Shown: positions 38,922-53,190, numbered from the stretch's first letter. The stretch: DNA of 64,000 nucleotides from Nageia nagi (GCA_050084985.1 JBITNC010000001.1:158038001-158102000), one strand, 5' to 3'. A program made the numbers and translations. Notes: generated by a model from the sequence alone, not told the origin.

Positions 38922-40689
38922 CCTTTGCATACTAACAAGTAGTGATTGAGCATAAGGGATTCCTAGTTCTTTTTACAATCTTTTGTTTATTTTGTATCTT
39001 ATGGTTTTAATTTTTTATTAAAGTTTTTTATTGTTTTGTGTATTTTCAAGATCATTAACAAAATCACCAATGATTTGAAATAGGATGCCAATGATTGGCT
39101 TGGGATGCCAGCAATTGGAATAGAACACTAGCATTTTAAATAGAGATAAGATCCCCAATTTTTGTCAATATAGCAAGCACAATGTAGGAATCTAAAATGA
39201 AAATGGAAGCAAACCTTTTGTTTATGATCCCTTTGCTCATATTGCATGTAGGAAAGGGTGGATAGAGTTAAAATATAGAAATGTATTTAATAATGTTATT
39301 AATTAGCAATAAGGTTTAATTTACTTATTTATTGGTTAGGGATCATTACAAAGCCACTTATGCTCTCCCTTTGCATTGAAAAGCAATCTTAGGTGATCAA
39401 AATGGTTTTTATAGAAAAATAGTAAATGAACCTTTATTTCTTTCAATTATCACATAATTTGGTTGAAGAATCTACACTAAATTACTTCCACACTTGGAAG
39501 GAGTTAATGAATTTCCATTAAATTAGGAATGAATTTAAGATAAATGAACTAGGTTAATGGTAGAATAGTGCATTAAATGGTCAATGAATATGGTGATTAT
39601 GCTTACATGAAAATTACTTTTATTTAACTGAGTATGCTCTCACTTTTACACCCATGGTGATCTGAGGTGATCAAGAAAGTTAAGTAAAATGGGTAATGAA
39701 TTTTCATTTAGTTTAAAATTTACACTCACATTAATACTCTTATTTTTTTTCCCTTACAATACCAAGAGGCAATCAAAGGTTGATGTGGCTCGAAGAGGGG
39801 GAAAAAATCTACACTTAATTAATTTACATATATATTAAAGGTTTCTTACTTGTAAGAAGATGTAATGAACCACATTAAATTGCTTCCATAGCTAGAAGAG
39901 TAAATGAATATCATTTAAAATTTGGTTAAATAACCTCATTAACTTGGTGATGAATCTCATGGTCGATTGGATTAATACACACTAATTAAAACATTATTTG
40001 AATCATGTCAAAAAACTTTAATTAATGGACATGTATGATTAAGAGGGTTAGAGTTACCATTTATACACATTTTGTTTTATTAATTGCATGATCATAAGCA
40101 TTATAAAATGAACATAAATGAGTTGGTGTCATTACCAACCACTGATTCTTACATTCTTATGTACTCACTAACAAAATATAGTAAGCCTTAGAGCCAAAAC
40201 CTAGAGATGAATATTGGGTTCATAGGTTAAAAGTCATTACTTCCCACTAGATGACTATAAAAAAGGGATTATAATTAGATTGAATCACCAAGATAGATAT
40301 CAACAGCATTCCTCAAGCCCCATTATACTAAGGGGACCACCTTAAGTACCAAACTGTGACTTAGCCATAGCTAACCTCTTAGGATTACTAGCCTGCCTTG
40401 ATTAAGTACTTGACTAGACAAAACAAAAGTTAGAAAAAATAAGAAAATTCAAACATACAATGCATATTTCCCATGTAATAAAGATTAATTAAATTTATCA
40501 AAAATATAAAAAATATAAACACATCATAAAAATAAATGTTCATAAAGGATGTTTGTGCATGAAATTATTTTCTTGTAAACATAAAACAAAAAGATAAAAA
40601 ATAATTGCTATATATGATGATTGTATGTTTTTATTATCTATTAAGAACATAGAAAATAAAAAATAACAAAAATAAACTTGTTCTCAAAG

Positions 40690-43600
40690 AGCTTGTCAAG
40701 AACAAGAGCCTTAAGATGAATATGAATTTGAAGAAAGAGAAGGTATTAGATATAGTTGGGCTATTTCTAGAAAAGAAACATCTCACGATGAAAATCCTAG
40801 GATACAAGAAGATCCTTTGGATAATTATTTACAATATCTTAGACAACATATAACACAACTAAGGATACCTCCATCTTCACCCCATATACATAGTATTTAT
40901 CCATATGGAAGACATTTAAGGGAAGATAAATCACAAATACTGAAAGAATCACCTAATGATGAAAAAATGAAGACACCTCCTTTAAGAGCATAGTTAGTTG
41001 ATATGATAATGCAAAGGGATCCTTTATGCCTAAGTATAATCATGTTAGATGATAATTTCCAAATGGGCATTAGTTCAATCTTACTTAGGAAGAGAAGATT
41101 ATTCACTCTCTACAATTTCGATACATATGGAGGATTTTGATGATAGGATATCTATACATTCTATAACTCCTATACCCCAAGCAAAAGATACCTTTAAGGT
41201 ATATGAAAATCCTTATCATATCTTAAGATCATACACCCCATCTCATTTGGATAGAATTCAACAAATCACCCAAAGACAACCAACTCAGCTAAACTTACCA
41301 AGGTTTAAGTTGCAAGAAATACCTCTCTATCCCCATAAGAAATAACATGCACCTCAAAGAAATGTGCATAAACAAGGGAGTGTATAACAATAAAATATGC
41401 AACAACAACAACAAGTATTGGGTCAATCCAACCAACAAGTAGGAAAACCAATAAAATTCACTGAACACCACTAGGTTCAAACTCAACTGGTACCTAATAT
41501 ACCTTAAAATATGAATACATCAAGTATTCAACATCATTACTAGGTTCAAACTCCACATGTGCCTAATATACCTCAAAATATGAATATGTCAAATATGAAT
41601 ATGTCAAATATTCAACATCATTACCAAGTTCAAACTCAATCGATTACAAATATATCTCAAAAGATGAATATGCCAAATATTCAACACCAAAGTCAAGTTA
41701 CGATTGGTCAAGGTTTAAAGATGAGTAGTAAACCACCATCTAGGGCATGATCATTATCTCCTCAAAACCATGGAGTTTATAGATATGAATACCCATACTT
41801 CAGTAAAAAGAAATCAATTGCATTAAAAAAGAGATAAGATACACTTCAAATATATCATCTTCTTTGACCACAAGATAGGAAACAAGGATATCAATTTCCT
41901 CCTAGACCACCTCATCAACCTCCACCACCAACACCACCATATAGTGAAGGTTATTGTGAGGCAAGGACACCCTTAGAACATTGATATGAACCCATTCAAG
42001 GATATGAAGAAGTAGACTATCCTATAGAAAAAGCATATCCAAGATATGAAGAATACCCTGGCTATTCACATAATCAACCAATGGAGAAGGTGATAAAAGA
42101 GGATGATGATTTATATAGGAGATTAAAAGAAGTATAAAAAAAGGTTATCCATGCAAGATAAATAGAAAATGTCTTATGAGACAATTTGTAATGAACCAAT
42201 TCATCCTAGTGTTCCAAAGAAAGAAATTCCTTATAAGTTTGAAATTCTGAAAATTGAACCATTTAAAGGAAAAGAACATCTAAGGAAATTCAAATATTCA
42301 AATTAATTGATTTCTAATGATGAAAAATTAATGTTATGTATATTTCCTATGATGCTTACTAGATAAGCAATGGATTGGTATAACAAATTACCAGAACATA
42401 GCATTAGCTCATACTCTCAATTAGAAAAATTATTTCTAGAACATTTCAAAATCAACATCAAAGTTAAGACCTCCATCATTGATCTCACAAGACTACAATA
42501 ATTTTTAGATGAATCAGTTACTAATTTCATTAGACGATGGAGGGTGGTGTTAACAAGTATGCCTTACACTTTGCCTCAAGAGTAACTGGTTAAGTTATTC
42601 AATCAAAGTTGCTTAAGACTTATTACTAGTACATTATTAATTCAATAACATAAAACCTTTGAAGAAGCTATCTCTCAAGTGGTCATTATTGAAAGAGTTA
42701 AAATACAAGATGGATAAATAAATACTAAGAAGCAAGAAGGTTACATTAAGAACAAAAATCAAACAAAACAAGCAAATAAATAATAAACGAAAAATAAAGT
42801 TTCCATCATAAAAGATGTGGAACCATCATCATATCAAAATTTCAAAAATGATTTTAAGCCTAGAAGGAAATATACACCTTTATTAGAAACTCTTTATGAT
42901 ATTTTGAAAAAAATATGTAACCATAAAATAATTTCTTTACCTAAAATAAGGCTAGAAAACCCTAGAAGTAAGGAAAGTAGATTGTATAATGAAGAATAAT
43001 TTTGTCATTTTCATCAACAAAAGGGTCATGATACAAACAAATGTTGAACCTTAAAAAAATATTCCAAGACTTAATTAACAACAAGAAATTAGAGGTGGAT
43101 AATCATATTACAATTCTTAATCAAAATTTGGGAATTTACCAAAACCCACTTCCACAACATCTAGTTAATAACATCTCATTACATTCAAGTGAAAACCAAG
43201 TAATACATAAATGAAGCCAAGATGATTCAAATTTCGTAGGAATGATAAGTGTTGCTACAAGAGAAAAAAAGATATAAGGGAGACAAAATGGTGTACCAAA
43301 TAATCAGCAAGACAAGATTCATATGCCACCCCACATACCTAAACTAAAACCTCATAAAGTATCTATAAAAGGTTCTTTACAACAATAACTAAAGGGCTCA
43401 CAAGTAAATTTATCTTTATTTGAATTGTTACAATAATCAAAAGATCATAAAGATGCTATGAAAAAATTGTTATAATTGATTAAAATAGACATTAATAATC
43501 TTGAGAGTTTCACAACCTTTATGGAAATATTAAGATAATTCAAAAACTTGCAATAATATTTTATGATCATGAACTAAAAGATCCTAAAGGAATACAAGGA

Positions 43601-44060
43601 TTAGATCCACCATTGCATATTATAGCCAAATTTGATGGAAAAACATTTAAAATAATTCTAGTTGATGAAGGATTAGCTATCAATATTATTTCAACAACTG
43701 CATATAAGAATTTAAATATTCCTTTTTTTGCATATTTTTGCACCATCTCTCCAAGTGAAAATATTTAACGATGCTTTATGTTTAAGAGTAGGGACAATTT
43801 CGTTACCTATCATTGTAGGATCAAATATGGTGCTAACATTACTACAAGTAATTGAAGGAGATAGCACACAGCATAATATTCTCTTAAGAAGACCTTGGAT
43901 CAAAGATATGCAATGTGTTACATTGAATTATCATAATTATTTGAAATATATTCACGGAGTAGTGCATTATGTACCTAGAAATGATAAATCATATTCACAT
44001 TGTAACACTACTTATTTACCTAATGATATAAATTTACCATCCTCTCATTTTTTATGATGC
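40690..44060 (+). pseudogene. Degenerate gag and aspartic protease of the Tat/Ogre-like element
   Basis: Retrotransposon gag core KFEILKIEPFKGK..IFPMMLTR*AMDWYNKLPEHSISSYSQLEKLFLEHF (~42235-42540). Knuckle FCHFHQQKGHDTNKC (~43000-43044). Protease ILVDEGLAINII (~43655-43690) and NILLRRPWI (~43875-43900). Confidence 0.85.
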
Positions 44061-46483
44061 TAATACCAAAGAATAATCCATTAGTAATTAATTTCAATAA
44101 TAATGATCATACTTTCTTCGACTGCTCGTTGACATACAAAGGAATTTGGCTTTGAATTATTATCCAAGTAAATATGTTTTAAAGAATACAATCTTGATAT
44201 TTATATATATTGAGCTATGTGCTTCTTGGGATATTGGTATTACCACAAATAAATGCATAAAATAAACTTGTTATACTTGTATTGGCTTACTGCAAAACCT
44301 ATACTTATACTTGATTGCACTTTTAATGATTGGGTTTTAGACATTGCATCTCAAAATCTGTAGAGTTTATACCCAATTATGACTTGGATGAATCAACTTG
44401 TAGGAGATTTGTGTCATCAAAAACTAATATATGAATTTTCTCCTACATTGGTACCCAAACCAAGGAATTCAAGGAAAATTAAAGAAAAATATTAATCAAC
44501 ACTTTTCACATTTGAAATCAAGGTCCCTTATTCTCTTTTTTCATAATTCTTAAAGAAAATTATCACCACTTCAATGATCAAGAGATTTGAAAACACAATT
44601 CCAATTTGATTATGCTAATCCAAATTCTATGGATAGGTATAGAGGGGATGATTACATGATGTTACTTCAAAAACATCCTTCTACACTTATTTCTCACTTC
44701 CTAGCTTTACTAAAAGATATTCAACAAGTGATAGCCATGAACTATTATGAGAATCATACATCAAATTCATGTGAATTAAGAATAAATGGTTTAAGAGTTA
44801 CAATTGAAATAAATGCATAGGAAATGTGGATGGAATAATAATTTGAAATGAGTTCATTTAAATGGTTCTGTTTACATTGGCCCTATAATAAACCTATAAT
44901 TGTGATTGATTATGTTGAATATCTTCATATCAAATATATGGGATATTATTTCATCTTGGCTTCAGTTGTTTCAGATCAAGTATTATCATATCTTATGTCA
45001 TTCTTTTCAAAATATTAAATTGTATATCATTACAGTTCATTATTCAGTAATAGTTATTATGAGAACAATCCTTTGAATGTGAAGGTGTGATTTGAATGAA
45101 TTAGTCAACATTTAAATAAAGTAAACAAATAGACATTGTTGGCCATAAACATTATTCTTAACATTATCAACAAAATAAGTTTTGGTACTTCTATAGGGAG
45201 TCTCTTTCCATACTTTCCATCATGGAATTCTCCATTACCACTGATTCCATCACCTCCAATTTCACTACATCCCACATATATACCATGTTTTCTGATACTT
45301 CCTAAAGTACATACTGGAATTTCAACTTCATCTATGAAATATAAGAGCATTATTATGAATTTTAAACCTAAATCATTATCCCCACCACTCATTTCATATC
45401 CCATTGATTCCCAACCATCTATTTTGGGACAAGGTCCCCTTCATCTTTGATTGTGACCTCCTTACCATTACTTCTTAGATCATGGATGTTAGATTATTCA
45501 TAGGAAAAGTGTTTACCAACATCATTCAAGGATAGTAAATCACCTTTAATTATAAAAAAAATATAAAAACATTGAAAAAACAAAAATAAAAATAAATAAA
45601 AAACTTGTGTTGTACATATGTATCTATTGTGTATATAAATTGCTTCATCTTTGCATGCCTATTGATTTATCTTCATGAAAGCAAAAGCTTTATATATGTT
45701 GTGTATCTAAAACACTTTATGCAATTTCTAAAATTTTCCTATAATGCTTTAAATGGTTGATTGTATTTTAAATATTAGCATCATGATTCATCCTCATTAT
45801 GCTTCTAGACTAATTAATCGAGGGGTATTCTATCCATATCAAATCCCACCCACTCCTTGGGAATTATCTTCCCTTTACATCCTACATTCATCATGTACAT
45901 TCCCAAATGACCATGTAGAGAGTCAAGTCCTATCATTGGATATATACACAAACCATTTTTCTAAGTTTCCTAAAGGTATTCAACATAAGATTTTGTCTAT
46001 GACAATATTTTTGAGTCTATTAGATAAATTTGATTGTGTTTATAGTATTTTGAAAAATTCTTTTTTAGTGAGCCTATATGTTGAGCATGGTCCATGTTGG
46101 GGAACTTACATGATTTATGATATACTTGATGAATAGTTTCTCAAAAATCTCATCAACTTATTTTCCAGACCAAATTTCATATGGAGGATTATAATTAATG
46201 CCCCTATCAATCCATTTATTTGTAGACTTGTTAAATTCTATGGACCACCATCCTTGCATCCTCAAGAATCATTTGATGAACTGACCATTTCCCATATAAT
46301 ATCTATAAATATTTTTTATTGGGACTCTATGCTTTTTGTGTCTATCATTCACCATGCCACACATTGGACAGTTGATCATACTATCTATATTCATTTTCAT
46401 TTTCATCCCATCTCTCATACTAATCTATTACAAATCCTCATTCGACATAGGATTCATTATATACAAGTTGAACAAGATTAAAG

Positions 46484-46487
<4 letters not shown>

Positions 46488-46581
<94 letters not shown>

Positions 46582-46588
46582 TGTATAT
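46488..46588. repeat. Compound (TA)n(TATG)n microsatellite
   Basis: Direct reading. Confidence 0.95.
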
Positions 46589-47814
46589 GATTCAATAATC
46601 TCAAAAAATTCAAAAAATAAGATTTTGTCAAAATCTAAACAAATAAAAAAATACATATGTACATATTTATCTATTATATGTATACACACTCATAAAATTA
46701 TTTTTGAAGCATCTTAGCTATTGGGTGTCCTACCCTATGTGTTCACATTATACCATATCACTGTGTTCATTTTGCCCATTTTATCAAACATGATGATTTT
46801 AGTAACTTTCCAAGTGGTATATACAAATTACATATCCATCCACATATTATTTATATATATAGTTGTATGTATAAATAAATAAGTAATGTTATGGATATAG
46901 TATTTATATTCAATTTTATCAACATATCTTCTGCAAAGTTTTTGAAACTTAGAACGATAAACAAACATAACTATGATACATATTTGGGATATTATGAACT
47001 CACACACATCTTCATATTAAAAATATTGAAACAATAAAAAACTATGTGTTTTTTGAGCATAATTTTGAGTGTTTATTCTCCTATTACTTCACTTCATCTC
47101 AAACCCAAGAGCTAGGATAGAGGAAAAGAGAATAGGAAGAAAAATATGCATATAGAGAGCAAAAAGATTCAAAAGAGATTCAAAAGATTTAAAAAAATAA
47201 AAAATAAAAATAAAAAAAAGAAATAAGTAGAATTATTGGGTTATTATAGTATCCTTTATTGGGGCTATGAATGCCTAACTAGTAATAAAGCAAGGTTGTA
47301 ATGGGATCTAGGGGTTAGTCTTCACCGGGGTAATGGATGCCCATATGGCAGTGAGGTATACCTTACAAAGTGATGACATGTCCAACCTCCATGATTGAAC
47401 CCTATACATTTAATATGAATGAATCAACTTACATATTTTATGCTCTTGAAACATTAAGTTTACGAGCATCAAGAGAAGTAAATGAACATCATTGTACACA
47501 CATGAGTTCATAGTAAACTTATGTGTATTATAACCTTATTCTATATCATCCCTAATTGATAAAATTAAAACAAAATATTATTCGATGAAGTTAATATTGA
47601 ATGTCTTATTTATTACACTTCTTTATTATATTATCCATTCATTCCACTTAACAATATATACATTATTATTAAGCTTGGTGAGTTATTAATATGTTATATG
47701 TGACATCCATGTAGTTATGTCATTAATTCATTTATCCATTTTCCATGCAAATAAATTCACAACTTCATACATTCACACATTCATATATCCCTTCCATCCA
47801 CCTTTATGGGTTGA

Positions 47815-48200
47815 TAAATTTGAGGCATTTTCATATTCTTTGGGAAAGAGAGCAAGTAATTGTTCTCCCCATTGATATAAAAGTCAACATTAGTGTTGTT
47901 AAAACCTCTTGCTTCTACCATTATCTACAAGAACAAGTGAAAAATTACTCCTAGTAAAATGATAGAATTCAACCCTATAACATTGTTAAATTTCATATCT
48001 TCCATTATATTTGGGATTGAGAGTAATAAATTATTCTTCCCATTGGAATTGGAAGTCAATGTTCTTTTCTTACCATATTCCATATCATTTCACCCCCTTG
48101 AACATTGTTAAATTTCATAGCTTCCATATTTCTTTGGGATTGAGAGCAAGTAGTTGTTCTTCCCTTTGAATTGGAAGTTTATGTTCTTCTTCCCATTACA
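47815..48200 (+). repeat. ~3 degenerate ~115-160-bp tandem units in the 3' region of the Tat/Ogre-like element
   Basis: The motif tttgggattgagag...ttcttcccattggaattggaagtcaatgttctt recurs near 47840, 48011 and 48133. Confidence 0.65.
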
Positions 48201-48586
48201 CTCATTATCATAATCCCACAAATTGTATATATTATCCCATATGTGTTATCCCATTACAATTATTTAAACCATATGTGAAAAATAGCCAAGAACATAAAAT
48301 GATGATATATGATTTTGTACTATTATAAATAAAATCTTGTCCCAACATTAACAAAATTATCTTAAATATGATAAATAACCATTAATTATTAAATATTTAC
48401 ACCAATTATTAATCATCATCACATTAAATAACTAAAATAAATTTATGAAAATGTACATCAATGTATTAAATATCTCATCAACATAAAATAAAACATCCAA
48501 ATCTAAACATACATGTATAAGAAACCTAGGTATATCATTCATTACCATGATAATATATAATAAAGAAACACATCATCAAAACCCAT

Positions 48587-50160
48587 TATCTCACTCATTG
48601 TCCTTGCTCCTTCTCATCTCCCTCCTCCTACTCACCCTACCACCAAGCAATGAAAATCTCTATAACACCCCACATCATCATGTGTAGCCTCTTCATAAAT
48701 AGCCTCCTCTTGAGTAGGATCAACCTTTGCATAAACTAGGGTCTAAAGATCATCAATAATAAGATTCCCCTCATGCTGATACCTCATAGGATCTAGAGGT
48801 ATTTCCTACATAAGAGCAAATTAGCATCTAATGTGATCAAATTGGAAATACTTGAGAAACTCATTCCACCTACCACTAAGAACCTATGCCTATCTGATAC
48901 ATGTAAGCTTGGTCTCAAGCTCATCTCATTTTGGATACAAATGGTATGGCTTGAATCTAATATTATTCAATATATAATAAGTAAACATAGTGCAATTGAA
49001 ATGAACATCCTTGCGCACTCCATTTTTTGGATGAATATAAAAATCCTCTCTCCACCTCATGATGCTAATTGGGTACTCTACATGGCTAGAAAAATCAAGA
49101 ATGAGAAATACATAAGGATAAGCAACCATAATATGCTCATACACCAAAGCCTATAGAGATATCATCATAGAAAGTGAGGCTCTGTGACCCTCTAAGTAAA
49201 AGAATAATTCCTTGTAAATTTGGGCCAATAAGTTAGGCACCCAAGCATAGACAATGTCATGTTAAATCATATCTACCATAATTGGTAAGAAAGATCACAA
49301 AAATTGCCCACTACTAGTATTAAGAAGGGTATAACATTGGATCATGCCCATTAAGTAAGAAAACCTAATGGTCCCTTTTTGATCCCCCAACCAATAATGG
49401 TAATATTAGATCACTCCTGACCTAATATTAGAGATAATAGTGTCTACTTAGCTAGCATCATACAAATAAGATATGATTGGTCATACCTCATCCCTATCAA
49501 CTGAATGTTGAATCCATCCACCATGGATAGGAAGGTAGTATATATGATGAATATCCTTGATAGTGATTATCATCTCCCCTATTGGGAGATGAAAAGTGGA
49601 TGTGGTGGAGATCCACCTCTCTAGCAAAGCTACAAGAAGGGGGTACTCCCAATGTATACAATCCATATAAGGTAGACCTCCAAATCCCATAGCTTAAAAG
49701 AAAGTGTGGTTTGTATTAGTGAGAAACTAATTCCCCTCTTGTAGGATGGAAGGGTAACACCCCCTAGGCTCGAACACATCATGAACCTAGAAACAAATGT
49801 AACTAAGCTAAGTAAAAATAAAAATTACATTTCTAGGTTGAATGTAAATAATTGGGTGACCCAGTTGTAGAGTCGCTAGCATCCAATGCAAAATGTAAGT
49901 GATTCTACAAACTCTCAACCTTGGTCAGTGATCATGATCAAGGGTTTTAAAATTTTTCAAAACATAAACAATTGAACCTAAAACAAAAACTAAATAGTTG
50001 AAATTAGTATAAACATGAAAATAAACAACCTTACAATTTTTATTTTTTGAATTAAACCCTAAAAATAATATAATAAGAAAAAAATTCAAAAAGAGGGATT
50101 TTAAAACCCTACCTCTTATCATATTGGCCTCCTCTGAACAATTGGCCTCCTAGGTGGCAT
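48587..50160 (-). pseudogene. Spliced aminotransferase-like plant mobile domain (PMD) pseudogene, antisense within the retrotransposon
   Basis: LLVALLERWISTTSTFHLPIGEMIITIKDI (ORF 49481-49690) matches the PMD signature ALVERWxxxTHTFHLPxGEMTITLxDV. Downstream AWVPNLLAQIYKEL and LVYEHI. Exon 1 is 50160-50113 (MPPRRPIVQRRPI**E). A GT..AG intron 50112-49787 joins it in frame. Confidence 0.85.
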
Positions 50161-52439
50161 TCTGGTCCACATAATATGATGGGGTGTATCAAATGCTAGT
50201 TAACCACAAAAAAGTGACAAGAAAGTGATAAGAACTCTAACCAATCACTAAAGAAAAAATAAAAAATGATATTTGAATTTTATTTTTTATCTTATTCATG
50301 CCCTTGAATGCTAATGATTTAAGGTCAAATGTTAGCAATTCATATGAAACATTAGTGACCCAACAAAATGTTAGTATTCCCATATAAAAAAATAAAAACT
50401 ACAAAATTGTAAGCTCTCCTTCTAGGATCGCATCAAAAAATCATTAAAAAAGGTAACATAAAAGTACATACATATGAATATAAATAAAAAAAATCAAAAA
50501 TCAAAAAATTCTCATCTTGATTCATTAAAAAAATATGTCAAAATTAAAAGAGCAAGCTCCCAACTTGTTAAAACGATTACAAAGTAAATGTCTAAAGAGA
50601 TTAAATCTCAAAAATACTTCAAAATTTGTAAAATTGAATATGAATTAAAAGTGTGGAATGACCTTTTGTGCAAGATCATCATGTAACCTCACTATCAAGA
50701 CAAAAGTAAATAAAATCAAAAGACTATATGCACAAGATAAGGTTATCATCACATACTCACTTTGGCATGCAATGACAAACTGAGAGTATCATCATACAAC
50801 TACCACAAATAAGCACCCAATATAGAGATTAACATAAGTAATATTTTGGCATGCACCAAAAATATTTTCAAAATGCATAAAGTGCAAAATATAAGAACAT
50901 GATTTAACCATGATTCGATTAATCAAAGTTTGACTTATTCGAGAGGTCAAGTCAACTTTAGACATCAAACCAAGTTGAATATCCAAGTTAGGGAACTTGA
51001 ACATGCCACCTTTTCAAATAAATTAATTTTTTTCAATTATCTCTTGCTATCTTCAGTAGGCAATCCAAAAATGGGCAAAATGTAGACACCCAATTATGAC
51101 CCTCATTCAAAAATTGAACGAAAAGGGACCAAAATTAACATTTCTTATAAAAGTTATACTAAATGACCAAGCGCTAGTGATTTACCCCAATCGATTATGA
51201 ATCAAACCAATCATCAAAATCCTCTACCCAATTGTTGAAAACTTGATACTTAATCAGGCCAAAAATTGATACATATTTGAATTGATTTGTTCTAAAATAT
51301 TATTTGATCATGAGCAAGTTATATTTGGTTTGGTAGCTACATGAATAGAATCATGGCTATTCTAGACTTGGATGAGCTTTTGAGTCAGGATGTTAGCCCC
51401 TAAATTTAAAAATTAAACAAACTCAAAAGGTTATAAATTAAACCTTCATTAATGAATAAAGTGATCCAAATTGAAGTAAAGTTACTTTGTAGGATTTCAT
51501 TCAGAATTTTTGAGATTTGAGTACTTCTATTATATACTTATTCATGTATTTTGATTCAATGTATGATGATTTTTATGTGAACATGTTCATTTGATATGTT
51601 GTTTTGGAATGTGTATAGGGTCCACAAGTGCTAAATTAGAGAGTGTTGAAGGAAAATTGCATCAAGAACTAACAAAGAGCAAGAACCAAAGTTGAAACAA
51701 AGAAGAAGAGAAGATTCATCAAAATGAAGATCCCACATTAGAAATGCCAACGATTGAGCTTAGACACCAAAATTGAAGGCAGATTCCAATGACTACATCC
51801 TAATCATTTTTGACTCTATTAAATCCCAAGGAGGCTCAAAAACATAATTTTGTAAAAGCCCTTCAAGCAAGGCTATGAATCTAGAGGAATGGGTTTTTTA
51901 TTTATATTTCATTGAATCTGTACTTTATCTATGTTGGCAAAGGTCAACAATACATGTGTAAGGTTCCATTATCGGTTGTAATAATTCTTCTCTCCAAGCT
52001 ACAGTTATTCCTATAGAACAAATTTTGAGCTTTTCAAAATTCTCTACGTAGGCATAGGTGTATCACAAAAAGAAGAATTATTATTATAGAATGTTGAATA
52101 GGTAATTTACACCATTGGAGCATATTCTTGGGTAGAGAGGTAATTTCTTACCTCTTTTAAGGTATATTTCATCTCTTTCACCTCTTAAGCTTCATTGGCA
52201 TAACCATTTCTCATTTAAAGCTCTTAAGTGAGTACATACAAGGATAACCTAGAGTCATCAAATATGGCACAACTATTATCTAGGCTGCAAGTTTTACATG
52301 TAGAGATTAGAAAGGATAACAAAGTCTAAATTTGATAAAAGGATATTTTTCTTAACTAAATAATGTTGTGGTAAAAGGTACAATTTTAAATAAATACCCT
52401 AATGAAAAAGTATATCATGAACATTTGCATGACAGTTAT

Positions 52440-53190
52440 TGTAAAATAGTGAAATATATTTGAATCATTTTAGCATAATTGAAACTATAGAGCATATTTG
52501 AATCATTTGAGAATAATTATATAATTCTTGATCATACAAGAATTCTTAATCATTTGAGTATATTTGTAAAGCATATTTGAATCTTATTATGTTTATCTTT
52601 GTGTTCATATTCCATCTATATTGCATAATTAAAATTATAGAGCATATTTGAATCATTTGCATAATTAAAATTATAGAGCATAATTAAAATTATAGAGCAT
52701 ATTTGAATCATTTGAGCATAATTGTGTAATTTTATCATACAATAATTCTTGAGCATTTAAGAATAATTATATAGCATATTTGGATCTTTTTGTATTTATA
52801 TTTGTATGTTCCACCTACATTGCATAATCTCCATGTCTAAAAATGGAGTGCAAAACCTAATGTGATTGTTGTAACAAAATTGTTAAAAAATGGTAAACTC
52901 TCTTTTTCATCCATGTATAATTAAACCACCATTGAACCAAAGGAGGTGTCTGATATCATAATTTGGGAGAAGGTTATTATAAAATATGGAATGTATTATG
53001 GGTTTGTTCATTTCTTAGTTTGTAACATAACTTTTTTACCAATAAATTATGATATTTTGTAACAATATTGGAGAGTATATTTGAATGATTTGAGCATAAT
53101 TGAAACTACAGAGCATATTTGAATCATTTAAGAATAATTATGTAATTTTTGATCATATAGATATTCTTGATTATTTGAGCATAATAGTAT
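52440..53190 (-). repeat. Degenerate repeats of the CACTA family seen at 35190-36700, inverted
   Basis: Repeated agagcatatttgaatcatttgagcataattgaaactatag is the reverse complement of the ctatagtttcaattatgctcaaatgattcaaatatg unit at ~35190-36700. Confidence 0.65.

Larger units (their letters stand above)
38013..51886 (+). mobile_element. Tat/Ogre-like Ty3/gypsy element, gag-protease only, with antisense PMD gene; 3' LTR truncated
   Basis: LTR1 38013-38901 (T[A]TAGACACC...GGTCAACA) aligns with LTR2 starting TGTAGACACC at 51081 up to ~51886. PBS TGGTGTTAGAAGGAGGG 38905-38921. PPT-like AAAAATGGGCAAAA before 51081. TSD not recoverable. Confidence 0.85.

Noticed and set aside
44635-44665. YRGDDYMML as an RdRp or RT catalytic GDD motif
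   Set aside because: No accompanying motif A or B is recognisable. Its position after the protease fits a decayed G-patch or linker, or chance.
51887-51949. GGTCAACA at 51942-51949 as the true end of the Tat/Ogre 3' LTR
   Set aside because: Similarity to LTR1 is weak after ~51886, and the following bases (ATACA) do not match the upstream flank (CACCT), so no TSD supports it.
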